The notes under the pieces: generated by a model
Database searches by the model: none
What the model was told of the DNA's origin: nothing
Seen by the model: the letters and a program-made list of their open reading frames with translations, nothing else
Part shown: positions 49,363 to 58,369 of the stretch, piece by piece
How the letters are laid out: each line of letters opens with the position of its first letter
Position numbering within the stretch: position 1 is the stretch's first letter
Program-made: the position numbers and the translations under genes
Source: Mycobacteriales bacterium
GTDB taxonomy: Bacteria; Actinomycetota; Actinomycetes; JAFAQI01; DASSKL01
Assembly: GCA_035690485.1 (NCBI GenBank)
Contig: DASSKL010000102.1
Span: 63-64,062 of the forward strand
DNA: 64,000 nucleotides
Reading direction: 5' to 3'

Positions 49363-50772
49363 TCAGCGGCGCTCGACGCACTTCGCGTAGAGGTCGAGCA
49401 GCCGGCCGTGGGGGTCGTAGCGACGCTTGAGGTCACCGTAGGTGCTGCCGCCGTAGAGAGGCCAGAACTCCTCCGGCGTGTAGTGAGCCGTCGAGTAGAG
49501 AGACTTGCGCCCGCCCAGCTCGCCGACGAGTGCCTCGACCCGACGGTTGTGCGTGTCGGCGGGCTGACGGGGTGCCAGGGGCACGGTGCCCCAGAAGCCG
49601 AAGTTGACGTAGAGCGCGCCGGGATCCATCGCGTAGAGGTCCCAGGTGCTCGACCGGTCGCGCTGGCGCAACGGGCACATCCACACCGGCCGCATGCCGA
49701 CGTCGCGGTCGAACGCGGCCAGGAAGTCACCGGCCCGGCCGACGGGGATCTCCACGTCCTGGATGACCGGCTCCGTGGCGGGCCGGCCGCGCAACCGGTC
49801 GTAGCGGCGCTTGACGCCGTAGCGGTTCTCGAGCGCGACCAGCCTCCAGTAGACGTCGGAACGCAGCCACCGCTTCGGCCACAAGCGGCGCACCAGCGGC
49901 CGCTGCACGCCAAACGCCCCGGAGCACCAGAACCAGTCGGTGTCCCAGCGCCACAGGTAGTCGTGGATCGTCAGGTAGTCGGTCTCGCGCTGCTGGATCG
50001 ACCGGTAGTAGATGTGCTCGCCGGTGTAGTCGCTGGTCCGCGCGGCGGTGTCCGCGAAACGCCCGGTGGTCAGGTAGAGCTCCTCCGGCGAGAACGCGAC
50101 GCCGTCGAGGAAGTCGATGTCGTCCTCGACCAGGCGCTGCATCGCCGCGAAGCACTCGGCCGCGGAGGAGAAGCGGTGATGGGTCAGCGCGACGTAGGGC
50201 CGCACCGGCTGCAGCTCGATGCGCAGCCGAAGCGCGTAGCCCAACGTGCCGTAGGAGTTCGGGAAGCCGTAGAAGAGGTCGCGGTGCTCGCCCTGCGGCC
50301 GCACGCACAGCACCTCGCCCGCGCCGGTGAGCACGTCCATCTCGAGCACGGACTCGTGCGGCAGGCCATGCCGGAACGACGTCGACTCGATGCCCAGCCC
50401 GGTCACCGCACCGCCGAGCGTGATGGTCTTCAGCTGCGGCACGACCAGCGGCATCAGCCCGTGCGGCAGCGTCGCCGCGACGAGGTCCTCGTAGGTCGTC
50501 ATCCCGAGCACGTCCGCGGTCCGCGCCTGCGGATCGATCGCGAGGACGCCGGAGAACGCGTCGACGCCGAGCCGGGTGACGCCCGACCGCTGCCGGGTGC
50601 GGAACAGGTTCGACGTGCGCTTGCCCAGCCGCACGGCGGCGTCGGGCGGGGCCGCCGCCAGGTCGGCCCGCAGCCGGTCGACGGCGGCGCGGTAGGCGGC
50701 GTACGCCGGTCCGGCGGTCTTCGACGACTCGGTGAGCGTCATCCCTGCATTGTTCATCACGCCGAAACACAC
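49363..50772 (-). CDS. FAD-binding (FAD_binding_4 / DWF1-like) oxidoreductase (BfaA/TmsA-like)
   Basis: PCMH-type FAD domain (...PQLKTITLGGAVTGLGIESTSFRHGL...), about 460 aa. Start is uncertain: GTG at 50772, or ATG at 50757 or 50742. Confidence 0.8.
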   Translation of the reverse strand: MCFGVMNNAGMTLTESSKTAGPAYAAYRAAVDRLRADLAAAPPDAAVRLGKRTSNLFRTRQRSGVTRLGVDAFSGVLAIDPQARTADVLGMTTYEDLVAATLPHGLMPLVVPQLKTITLGGAVTGLGIESTSFRHGLPHESVLEMDVLTGAGEVLCVRPQGEHRDLFYGFPNSYGTLGYALRLRIELQPVRPYVALTHHRFSSAAECFAAMQRLVEDDIDFLDGVAFSPEELYLTTGRFADTAARTSDYTGEHIYYRSIQQRETDYLTIHDYLWRWDTDWFWCSGAFGVQRPLVRRLWPKRWLRSDVYWRLVALENRYGVKRRYDRLRGRPATEPVIQDVEIPVGRAGDFLAAFDRDVGMRPVWMCPLRQRDRSSTWDLYAMDPGALYVNFGFWGTVPLAPRQPADTHNRRVEALVGELGGRKSLYSTAHYTPEEFWPLYGGSTYGDLKRRYDPHGRLLDLYAKCVERR

Positions 50773-50813
50773 GCGCAGCGATGCGGAAACCTGATCGGCG
50801 GACGCTCCCCGCC

Positions 50814-52133
50814 ATGCACATCGACAGCGGCGCGACCGCCTGGGTGCTGGTGAGCGCTGCCCTCGTGCTGCTCATGACCCCGGGGCTCGCGTTCTTCTAC
50901 GGCGGGATGGTGCGGTCCAAGCACGTGCTCGCGATGCTCATGCAGAACGTCGTGTGCATGGGCATCGTCGGCGTGCTGTGGGTGCTCGCGGCCTACAGCC
51001 TGGCGTTCGGCAAGGACGCCGGCTTCGGCCTGATCGGCGACGCGCACCAGTTCGGGCTGGCGCACATGCAGGAGGCGGTCGCCGGCTATCACGGGGCGCT
51101 GGCGCAGTCGATCCCGCCGCTGGCGTTCGTCGCCTTCCAGCTGATGTTCGCCGTCATCACCCCGGCCCTGATCACCGGCGGCATCGCGGACCGGGTGAAG
51201 TTCGGCGCGTTCGCCGTGTTCGTCGTGATCTGGCTCCTGGTCGTCTACGCGCCGATCGCCCACTGGGTGTTCTCCCCCGAGGGCTGGCTCTTCCAGCGGG
51301 GCGCCGAGGACTTCGCGGGCGGCACCGTCGTGCACGCCAACGCAGGCGCCGCCGCACTCGCCCTGGTGCTCGTCCTCGGCAAGCGGGTCGGCTGGCCGCG
51401 AGAACCGATGCGCCCGCACAACCTGCCGTTCACGCTGCTCGGCGCCGGCCTGCTGTGGTTCGGCTGGTTCGGCTTCAACGCCGGCTCTGCCCTGGGCGCC
51501 AACCAGACCGCGGCCTACGCCTTCGTCAACACCAACACGGCGACGGCCGCGGCGATGCTGGCCTGGCTCCTGGTCGAACGGCTGCGCGACGGTCACCCGA
51601 CGACGCTGGGTGCTGCGTCCGGCGCGGTGGCCGGGCTCGTCGCGATCACCCCCGCCGCGGGCTACGTCAGCCCACTCGGGTCGATCGCGATCGGCCTGGT
51701 CGCCGGCGCGGTGTGCGCCTGCGCGATCGGCCTGAAGTACCGCCTGGGCTACGACGACGCGCTCGACGTCGTGGGGGTGCACCTGGTCGGCGGGGTGCTC
51801 GGCGCCCTGCTCATCGGCTTCTTCGGCACCGCCCGGGTGGGGGGTGCCAACGGGTTGTTCTACGGCGGCAGCGCGGGCCTCCTCGGCGAGCAGGCGCTCG
51901 CCGTCGTGACCGCCGTCGGCTACTCGTTCGTCGTCACCTACCTGCTCGCCAAGCTCCTCGACAAGGTCATCGGGCTGCGGGTGAGCCGCGACGACGAGCA
52001 CGCCGGGCTCGACGCGACGCTGCACGCGGAGACGGCGTACGACCTCGGGGCCGTCCGCACCGGCGGCGCGCTCACCGCTCGAGTGCCGGGCACCTCCGGC
52101 GATGCCCCGCAAACGGTGGCGTACCGTACATAA
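50814..52133 (+). CDS. amt: Ammonium transporter
   Basis: DSGATAWVLVSAALVLLMTPGLAFFYGGM, 11 TM, conserved twin-His region (...VVHANAG..., ...VGVHLVGG...). The track ORF opens at 50781. I prefer the ATG at 50814. Confidence 0.93.
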   Translation: MHIDSGATAWVLVSAALVLLMTPGLAFFYGGMVRSKHVLAMLMQNVVCMGIVGVLWVLAAYSLAFGKDAGFGLIGDAHQFGLAHMQEAVAGYHGALAQSIPPLAFVAFQLMFAVITPALITGGIADRVKFGAFAVFVVIWLLVVYAPIAHWVFSPEGWLFQRGAEDFAGGTVVHANAGAAALALVLVLGKRVGWPREPMRPHNLPFTLLGAGLLWFGWFGFNAGSALGANQTAAYAFVNTNTATAAAMLAWLLVERLRDGHPTTLGAASGAVAGLVAITPAAGYVSPLGSIAIGLVAGAVCACAIGLKYRLGYDDALDVVGVHLVGGVLGALLIGFFGTARVGGANGLFYGGSAGLLGEQALAVVTAVGYSFVVTYLLAKLLDKVIGLRVSRDDEHAGLDATLHAETAYDLGAVRTGGALTARVPGTSGDAPQTVAYRT

Positions 52134-52163
52134 CCACCGTTACGGGGAACATCGGGAGACGAC

Positions 52164-53483
52164 ATGTCGCTTGCCGAGGGTGCGCGCTGGGCGCTCATGC
52201 ACGGGTCCGCGCGGGCGCTGATGCGGCGGGCCCGGCGCAAGGGCGACCTGGTGCCGGCGCTGATGCTCGAGGGCGGCAGCGACGACCCCTACCCGATCTA
52301 CGACGAGGTGCGCCGCCGCGGCAAGGTCGTACCCGGGACGTTCGCCTGGGCGACCGGCCACCACGACGTCGTCACCGAGGTGCTGCGCGACAACCGGTTC
52401 AGCGTCCGGTTCGACGGTGACGACACCCCGTGGTACATCCGGGCCGCGATCGCGGTCTCGCACGAGAAGGGCCTGTTCAACCCGGTCGAACCGCCGTCGA
52501 TGCTCGCCGTCGACCCGCCGCAGCACACCCGCTACCGCAAGCTCGTGCAGAAGGCCTTCACCGCGCGCGCGGTCGAGCGGTTGCGCGACCGGGTGCACGA
52601 GATCACCGAGGAGCTGCTCGACGACCTCGCCCGGCGGCCCTCGGTCGACCTGGCCGCCGACTACGCGGGCATCCTGCCGGTGACGGTCATCGCGGAGATG
52701 CTCGGCGTGCCGACGTCGATGCGCGCGCAGTTCCTCGAGTGGGGCAACGAGGCCGCCCTCACCCTCGACATCGGCCTGCCCTACCGCGACTACCAGCGGG
52801 CGATGCACGGGCTGCGTGGGCTCAACGGCTGGTTCCGCGAGCACTTCGAGGCCGTTCGTCGCAACCCCAAGGACGACATCATCAGCGCGCTCGCCACGCT
52901 CGAGGACGAGGGCGATCGGCTCAACGACGACGAGCTGATGGCGACCGCCCTGCTCCTGCTCGGTGCCGGCTTCGAGACCACCGTCAACCTCATCGGCAAC
53001 GGCGCCCTGGCCCTCGTGCAGCACCCGGAGCAGCTCGAAGCCCTGCAGGCCGAGCCCGAGCTGTGGCCGAACGCGGTCGAGGAGGTGCTCCGCTTCGACT
53101 CCCCCGTGCAGAGCACCGGCCGCCTCGCGACCGAGGACGTGGAGCTGGCCGGCGTCCACGTGCCGCGGCGGACGATCGTCGTGACGCTGCTCGGCGCGGC
53201 CAACCGCGATCCCGCGGTCTTCACGGAGCCCGACCGCTTCGACGTACGCCGTGCCAACGCTCGCGAGCACCTGGCGTTCTCCAGCGGCGTCCACTACTGC
53301 CTGGGCGCGAACCTGGCTCGGTTAGAGGGCGAGGTCGCGCTGCGCATGCTGTTCGACCGGTTCCCGGACCTGTCGCTCGCCGGGCAGCCGCACCGCCGTG
53401 ACACCCGTACGCTGTGGGGCTACGACGCGATGCCGGTGGCGCTGCACGGCAGCAGCCGGCCGGTTCAGCCGGTCGGTGCGTAG
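52164..53483 (+). CDS. Cytochrome P450
   Basis: I-helix LLGAGFETT, ExxR (EEVLRF), heme loop FSSGVHYCLGANLAR. GGGAGA RBS. Confidence 0.93.
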   Translation: MSLAEGARWALMHGSARALMRRARRKGDLVPALMLEGGSDDPYPIYDEVRRRGKVVPGTFAWATGHHDVVTEVLRDNRFSVRFDGDDTPWYIRAAIAVSHEKGLFNPVEPPSMLAVDPPQHTRYRKLVQKAFTARAVERLRDRVHEITEELLDDLARRPSVDLAADYAGILPVTVIAEMLGVPTSMRAQFLEWGNEAALTLDIGLPYRDYQRAMHGLRGLNGWFREHFEAVRRNPKDDIISALATLEDEGDRLNDDELMATALLLLGAGFETTVNLIGNGALALVQHPEQLEALQAEPELWPNAVEEVLRFDSPVQSTGRLATEDVELAGVHVPRRTIVVTLLGAANRDPAVFTEPDRFDVRRANAREHLAFSSGVHYCLGANLARLEGEVALRMLFDRFPDLSLAGQPHRRDTRTLWGYDAMPVALHGSSRPVQPVGA

Positions 53484-55102
53484 CCGTCGGCCTCGTCGAC
53501 GTCGTCCGGCAACTCCTCCAGGTCGGCGGGTTCGCGGCCCACGCAGAACCACGCGATGACCGCCGCGGCGAGCACCAGCGCACCCGACAGCAGCAGGGCG
53601 ATGTCGAGCCCGGAGTAGAACGCGCTGTACGCCGCGTCGATCACCTGCTGGACGAGACCGGCGTGTCCCGCGGCTGCGGGGTTGGCCGACGCCGCAGCCG
53701 CGCCGCCGGAGCCGCCGCTCGGCAGCCCGCCGTGCTCGACGGCGTCGATGACGATCGCCTGGAAGCTGGCCGGGATGCCCAGCACCTGCAGGCGGTGGGT
53801 CAGGTCGGCGGTGAGCTGGGAGTTGACGACCGCGCCCAGCACGGCAACGCCGAACACCGCGCCGAGCTCGCGACTGGTGTTGGTGGCCGAGGCCGCCATC
53901 CCCGACCGGCGGGCCGGGACCACGGTCAGGACCGACGAGGTCACCGGGACCACGGCGAGCCCGAAGCCGAGGCCCACGAGCACGAGCGATCCGGCGAGCG
54001 GCAGGTAGCCGACGTGCGGACCGAGCACCGCGCCGGTCAGCAGGATGCCGGCGCCCGCGCAGAGGCAGCCGAGCGTCATCGGCAGGCGCGGCCCGATGCG
54101 CGCGACCCAGGGGCCCGCGCCGGCGGAGGCGAGGATCATCACGGCGGTCATCGGCAGGAACTGCTCGGCGGTGCGGTAGCCGCCGAAGCCGGCGATGACC
54201 TGCAGGTAGAGCGCGACGAAGAAGAAGATGGCGAACACGCCGAAGTAGGTCGCGAACGCCACCGTGTTGGCGCCGCTGAACGTCGGATTGCGGAAGAAGC
54301 GCAGGTCCAGCACGGGGCTCTCGCTGCGGCGCTCCGTGCGCACGAACAGCGCACCGGCGAGCACGGCGAACGCGAACAGCGCGAGGATCCACCACGTCGT
54401 GTAACCGCGCTGCTCACCGTCGATCACCGCGAAGATCGCCGCCGCCAGCGCCACGGCGCCGAGCAGGAACCCTCGCAGGTCCAGCCGCCCGGGACGGGGG
54501 TCGGCGTGCTCGGGCAGCGTGACGACCGCCGCCACGACGGCCAGCGCCCCGAACGCCAGGTTGAACCAGAAGATCTCCCGCCAGCCCGCGAGCCCGACCA
54601 GGGCCCCGCCGACCACCGGGCCGAGCGCCAGCGCGAGGGCGGCGACCGCCGCCCAGGCACCCAGCGCGCGGGCGCGGGCCCGCCGCTCCGGGTAGACGTG
54701 CCGGATCACCGACAGGGTGCCGGGCTCGGACGCCGCTGCCCCCACTCCCATGACGACACGGCCCGCGATGAGCATCGTGCTGCTCGTGGCGAGCGCGCAG
54801 ACGACCGAGCCGGCGCAGAAGACCAGCACCCCGCCGAGCATCACGCGCTTGCGGCCGTACTGGTCGCCGAGCCGCCCACCGGCGAGCATCAGACTGGCGA
54901 AAGTCAGCGCGTAGCCGTTGACGACCCACTGCAGGCTGGTGACGCCCGCATGCAGGCTCGACTGGATGTCGGCGAGGGCGACGCTGACGACCGTGTTGTC
55001 GAGGAACGTCAGGAAGAGGATCGTGCAGAGGGTGACCAGAGCCCAGTGACCGCCGCCGCGCGGGGCAGGGGTGGCGGACGCCGCCGGTGTCCGCACTGTC
55101 AC
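53465..55102 (-). CDS. MFS transporter, DHA2 (EmrB/QacA, 14-TM) family
   Basis: LDNTVVSVAL, motif A GGRLGDQYGRKRV, 14 predicted TM. Candidate GTG starts at 55111, 55102 and 55096. The rest of the 945-aa track ORF is antisense to the next gene. Confidence 0.85.
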   Translation of the reverse strand: MTVRTPAASATPAPRGGGHWALVTLCTILFLTFLDNTVVSVALADIQSSLHAGVTSLQWVVNGYALTFASLMLAGGRLGDQYGRKRVMLGGVLVFCAGSVVCALATSSTMLIAGRVVMGVGAAASEPGTLSVIRHVYPERRARARALGAWAAVAALALALGPVVGGALVGLAGWREIFWFNLAFGALAVVAAVVTLPEHADPRPGRLDLRGFLLGAVALAAAIFAVIDGEQRGYTTWWILALFAFAVLAGALFVRTERRSESPVLDLRFFRNPTFSGANTVAFATYFGVFAIFFFVALYLQVIAGFGGYRTAEQFLPMTAVMILASAGAGPWVARIGPRLPMTLGCLCAGAGILLTGAVLGPHVGYLPLAGSLVLVGLGFGLAVVPVTSSVLTVVPARRSGMAASATNTSRELGAVFGVAVLGAVVNSQLTADLTHRLQVLGIPASFQAIVIDAVEHGGLPSGGSGGAAAASANPAAAGHAGLVQQVIDAAYSAFYSGLDIALLLSGALVLAAAVIAWFCVGREPADLEELPDDVDEADGYAPTG

Positions 55103-55207
55103 GGAAGGCACGCAGAAGTCGTGCTCGCTGCTGTCGAAGGCAAACGCTGCACCAACGATCTCGGCAGGCCCCGGGCCGGCCGCCACGGATGTGGGTAGGG
55201 CGCCTTC

Positions 55208-56485
55208 GTGTGGGTCTACGTGCTGTCGATCCTGGCCGCGCTGTGCTTCGGCGCCGGCTCGGTCGTGCAGCAGCGCGCGGCCTCCGAAGCGCCACCGGAG
55301 GACGTGCTGTCGTGGCGGTTGCTGCTGTGGCTGGTGCACCGCCCGCTGTGGCTGGCCGGCGTCGCCTTCGCCCTGGTCGGCAACCTCTTCGCCGCCAACG
55401 CGCTCGGTCGCGGCAGCATCGCGCTGGTCGAGCCCTTGTTCGTCGTACGCCTGCTCTTCGCACTCCCCCTGGCGGCGGCATGGATGCGCCGCTCGGTCCC
55501 GCGCCGCGACTGGGCCGGCGCGCTGGCGACGTCGCTGGGTCTGGCGATGTTCGTCGTCGCCGGCAACCCGCACCAGGGCACCCCCGACACGGCGTCCAAC
55601 ACGAGCTGGATCATCATGGGCGGCGCGCTGATCGGGCTTGCACTCGTGCTGATGGTGGTCGCCCGTCGGCTCGACCCGGTGCGAGCTGCTGTCCTGCTGG
55701 CCGCAGGCGCGGGGCTGACGTTCGGCCTGCAGGCCGCGTTGACCGGCAGCGCCATGCACATCCTCAAGTCCGACGGGCTGACCGGGATGCTGACGTCTTG
55801 GCATCCCTACGCCGTCGCCGCGGTCGCGTTGTTCGGCACCCTGCTCATCCAGAGCGCCTACGAGAGTGCGCCCCTGCCCGCGTCCTTTCCGGCGCTCGTG
55901 ACCGTCGAGCCTCTCGTGGGCATCGCCCTCGGCGTCGGCGTGCTCGGCGGGTCGATCCGGTTCGCTCCACTGCCCTTCGCGATCGAGATCGCGGGGATCG
56001 CGGTCATGGTCGGGGGCATCTACCTGCTGGCGAGCTCGCCGCTGGTGACCGGACAGCTCGACCGGCTCGAGCGCCGGCACGAGGAGGGGCTCGCCTACCG
56101 CACCGAGGAGGAGCTCGAGCGCGACCTGCTGCAGCTCAACCTCGACCTCGACCGGTTCGAGCAGCACCTCGGCGAGCCCGCGTTGCTGCGCAAGGACCGC
56201 AAGCAGATCGGGCACGACCTCGCGCGCATCGAGACCGAGGTCGAGCGGCTGTGCGCGCTGCAGGACGACATCCGCCGGCACCGCGCCGCCGAACGCGAGC
56301 ACATGGAGTCACGTACGGCGGCGGAGCGTCGGCACTTCTACGAGGAGCACGACCCCCTGCTCGACCTACGCGAGCAGGAGATCGACCAGCGCGCGCAACG
56401 GCTCCACGGCCGGGCCGAACGGCTGCGCGAGCGGGCCCGTGAGCTCACCGCGGAGGCGGTGGAGGCGAGCAAGTCGTCGCCCTAG
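55208..56485 (+). CDS. Polytopic membrane protein (DMT/NIPA-like, about 9 TM) with a C-terminal coiled-coil tail of about 135 aa
   Basis: Nine hydrophobic segments in residues 1-285. Then a highly charged heptad-like tail (LDRLERRHEEGLAYRTEEELERDLLQLNLDLDRFEQHL...RAERLRERARELTAEAVE). Confidence 0.6.
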   Translation: MWVYVLSILAALCFGAGSVVQQRAASEAPPEDVLSWRLLLWLVHRPLWLAGVAFALVGNLFAANALGRGSIALVEPLFVVRLLFALPLAAAWMRRSVPRRDWAGALATSLGLAMFVVAGNPHQGTPDTASNTSWIIMGGALIGLALVLMVVARRLDPVRAAVLLAAGAGLTFGLQAALTGSAMHILKSDGLTGMLTSWHPYAVAAVALFGTLLIQSAYESAPLPASFPALVTVEPLVGIALGVGVLGGSIRFAPLPFAIEIAGIAVMVGGIYLLASSPLVTGQLDRLERRHEEGLAYRTEEELERDLLQLNLDLDRFEQHLGEPALLRKDRKQIGHDLARIETEVERLCALQDDIRRHRAAEREHMESRTAAERRHFYEEHDPLLDLREQEIDQRAQRLHGRAERLRERARELTAEAVEASKSSP

Positions 56486-56492
56486 GACCTGC

Positions 56493-57161
56493 TCAGGACG
56501 GCTGCCAGAGCGGCTTGGGCACCTCGAAGCCGAGCGGGTCGCCCCACCCGTTGCGGAAGGCGACCTCGTGCACCGGCACCCGCTCGGCGACCCCCCACCG
56601 GCCGGTCGGGTAGCCGAACGACACGCAGCACGCCATCCGCCAGCCGTCGTCGCGCGGTACGCCGAGGATCTCGAGCACCTCGTCGTGGTGGAAGAAGCTG
56701 AGCACGGTCGTCAGCGCCGTGCCGACGCCCTCCGCGCGGGCGGCCAGCATCGCGCTCCAGATCGCTGGGTAGATCGACCCGCCGCTCGGGTCGAACCGGC
56801 TGAAGGCGAACAGGAAGAGCGGCGTCTCCTCGAAGTGGTCCGCGAGGTGCTGCGCCGACCGCTGCACCTGCAGCATCTGCTTCGACTCCGGCGTCTCCGG
56901 CGACTTCTGCGCTGCCGCGATGCGGTCGGCGTAGACCGTCACCCACAGCTGGCCGATGGAGTGCCGATAGAGCTCGCCGACCTTCGCCTTGCGGTCGGGG
57001 TCGTCAAGCAGCAGGAAACGCCAGTCCTGGCTGTTGCCACCGCTCGGCGCCCGGATCGCGGCGTCGAGGATGCGCGCCTGCACCTCGTGCGGCACCGGGT
57101 CGGGCTTCACCCGGCGGTGCGCGCGGGTCGTGTAGAGCACCTCGTAGACGTCCATCCGCAC
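56493..57161 (-). CDS. Nitroreductase-family protein
   Basis: N-terminus ...VYEVLYTTRAHRRVKPDPVPHEVQARILDAAIRAPSGGNSQDWRF is the classic FMN nitroreductase start. Confidence 0.88.
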   Translation of the reverse strand: MRMDVYEVLYTTRAHRRVKPDPVPHEVQARILDAAIRAPSGGNSQDWRFLLLDDPDRKAKVGELYRHSIGQLWVTVYADRIAAAQKSPETPESKQMLQVQRSAQHLADHFEETPLFLFAFSRFDPSGGSIYPAIWSAMLAARAEGVGTALTTVLSFFHHDEVLEILGVPRDDGWRMACCVSFGYPTGRWGVAERVPVHEVAFRNGWGDPLGFEVPKPLWQPS

Positions 57162-57181
57162 TCTCTAGCAGATGGAAACGA

Positions 57182-57628
57182 TCACGTCGGGCAGCGGTCT
57201 CCCTTCGGGCGCATGCCGCCGGTGCCCTTGTTGTAGGAGAACCACGCGCCGGAGTGTGACTGCACCTCGACGCAGAAGGCCTTGTCGGTGTCCGTCGTGA
57301 CCGCGCTCCCGTCGTCAGAGACGAGCACGAGGCTCGCCATGTCGACGTCGGGCGAGTTCCGGTAGTAGACGGTGTCCGCCGCCGGCGGGTCCGGGATGGC
57401 GGCGGTGCTGATCTGGGTCGCGTAGTGATCGTGGTCGACGAAGTAGGACTCCTCGGCCAGCGCCACGTTGTAGACGTCGGACCTGGCCTGGCTGTCCATC
57501 CCCTTCTCCCGCTGGCGCAGGAAGACGGGAATGGCGATCCCGGCGAGGATGCCGATGATGACCATCGTGACCAGCAGCTCGACCAACGTGAAGCCACGCT
57601 CGTCCGCCCCCGCGGTCGTACGCCGCAT
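57182..57628 (-). CDS. Type IV pilin-like protein (prepilin-type N-terminal cleavage/methylation domain)
   Basis: MRRTTAGADERG|FTLVELLVTMVIIGILAGIAIPVF: class III signal with Gly-1, Phe+1 and Glu+5. C-terminal Cys pair (FCVEV...DRCPT). ATG at 57628 with GGGGAGG RBS. Confidence 0.85.
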   Translation of the reverse strand: MRRTTAGADERGFTLVELLVTMVIIGILAGIAIPVFLRQREKGMDSQARSDVYNVALAEESYFVDHDHYATQISTAAIPDPPAADTVYYRNSPDVDMASLVLVSDDGSAVTTDTDKAFCVEVQSHSGAWFSYNKGTGGMRPKGDRCPT

Positions 57629-57696
57629 GACAACCTCCCCGTGACGTTCACGGGGTTGTCGGCTGGTTTCGCCGGATCCTGCATGGTCCCTTCGGA

Positions 57697-58302
57697 TCAG
57701 GTCGCGAGTGACCCCACCACGCGGTGGATCAGCGCGTCCCACTCCTCGGCGGGGGGCATCGACGTGTCCATGCTCTCCAGCAGGTAGAGCCCGAAGGCGA
57801 GAGCCTGCGCGAAGCGCACAACCGCGTCGACCGAGACGTCGGCGACGATCGAGCCTTCGGCCTTGGCCCGCTCCACCGTGGTCGCGAGTCGGCCCGCGCC
57901 CTGGTCGAGGTTGCGCCGCATGGCCTGGGCGACCTCCGGGTCGCGGCGGGCGGCTGCGAAGGCCTCGATCAACAGCCTGCGGTCAGGCCCGTGCACGGCC
58001 GGCCGGGCGATGCGGCGACCGAGGAACTCCAGGATGTCGCGGTGCGAGGCGCCGGCGCGACGCTCCGCCGCGATCTGCTCGACCAGCTCCGCAGACCCCG
58101 AGGCCACGACCTCCTGCAGGAGCTCGCTCTTGCCCCGGAAGTTGGCGTAGATCGCGCCGGTGGTCAGGCCGGCCCGGCGCGCCACCTCGCCGACCCTGGT
58201 GCCCTCGTAGCCCTGCTCCCGGAAGACGTCCGCCGCCGCCCTGAGCAAGCGCTCCCGGGTCGCGGACTGGCCCGCCTCCGCGGCAGGAACCTTCGTAGAC
58301 AC
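57697..58302 (-). CDS. TetR/AcrR-family transcriptional regulator
   Basis: N-terminal HTH: RERLLRAAADVFREQGYEGTRVGEVARRAGLTTGAIYANFRGKSELL. Confidence 0.93.
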   Translation of the reverse strand: MSTKVPAAEAGQSATRERLLRAAADVFREQGYEGTRVGEVARRAGLTTGAIYANFRGKSELLQEVVASGSAELVEQIAAERRAGASHRDILEFLGRRIARPAVHGPDRRLLIEAFAAARRDPEVAQAMRRNLDQGAGRLATTVERAKAEGSIVADVSVDAVVRFAQALAFGLYLLESMDTSMPPAEEWDALIHRVVGSLAT

Positions 58303-58369
58303 CCGCGAATAGTAGTCGTTACCTTCGCCAGCGCCGTGACAGACGTCACATCGCGGACAAGGAGCGCGA

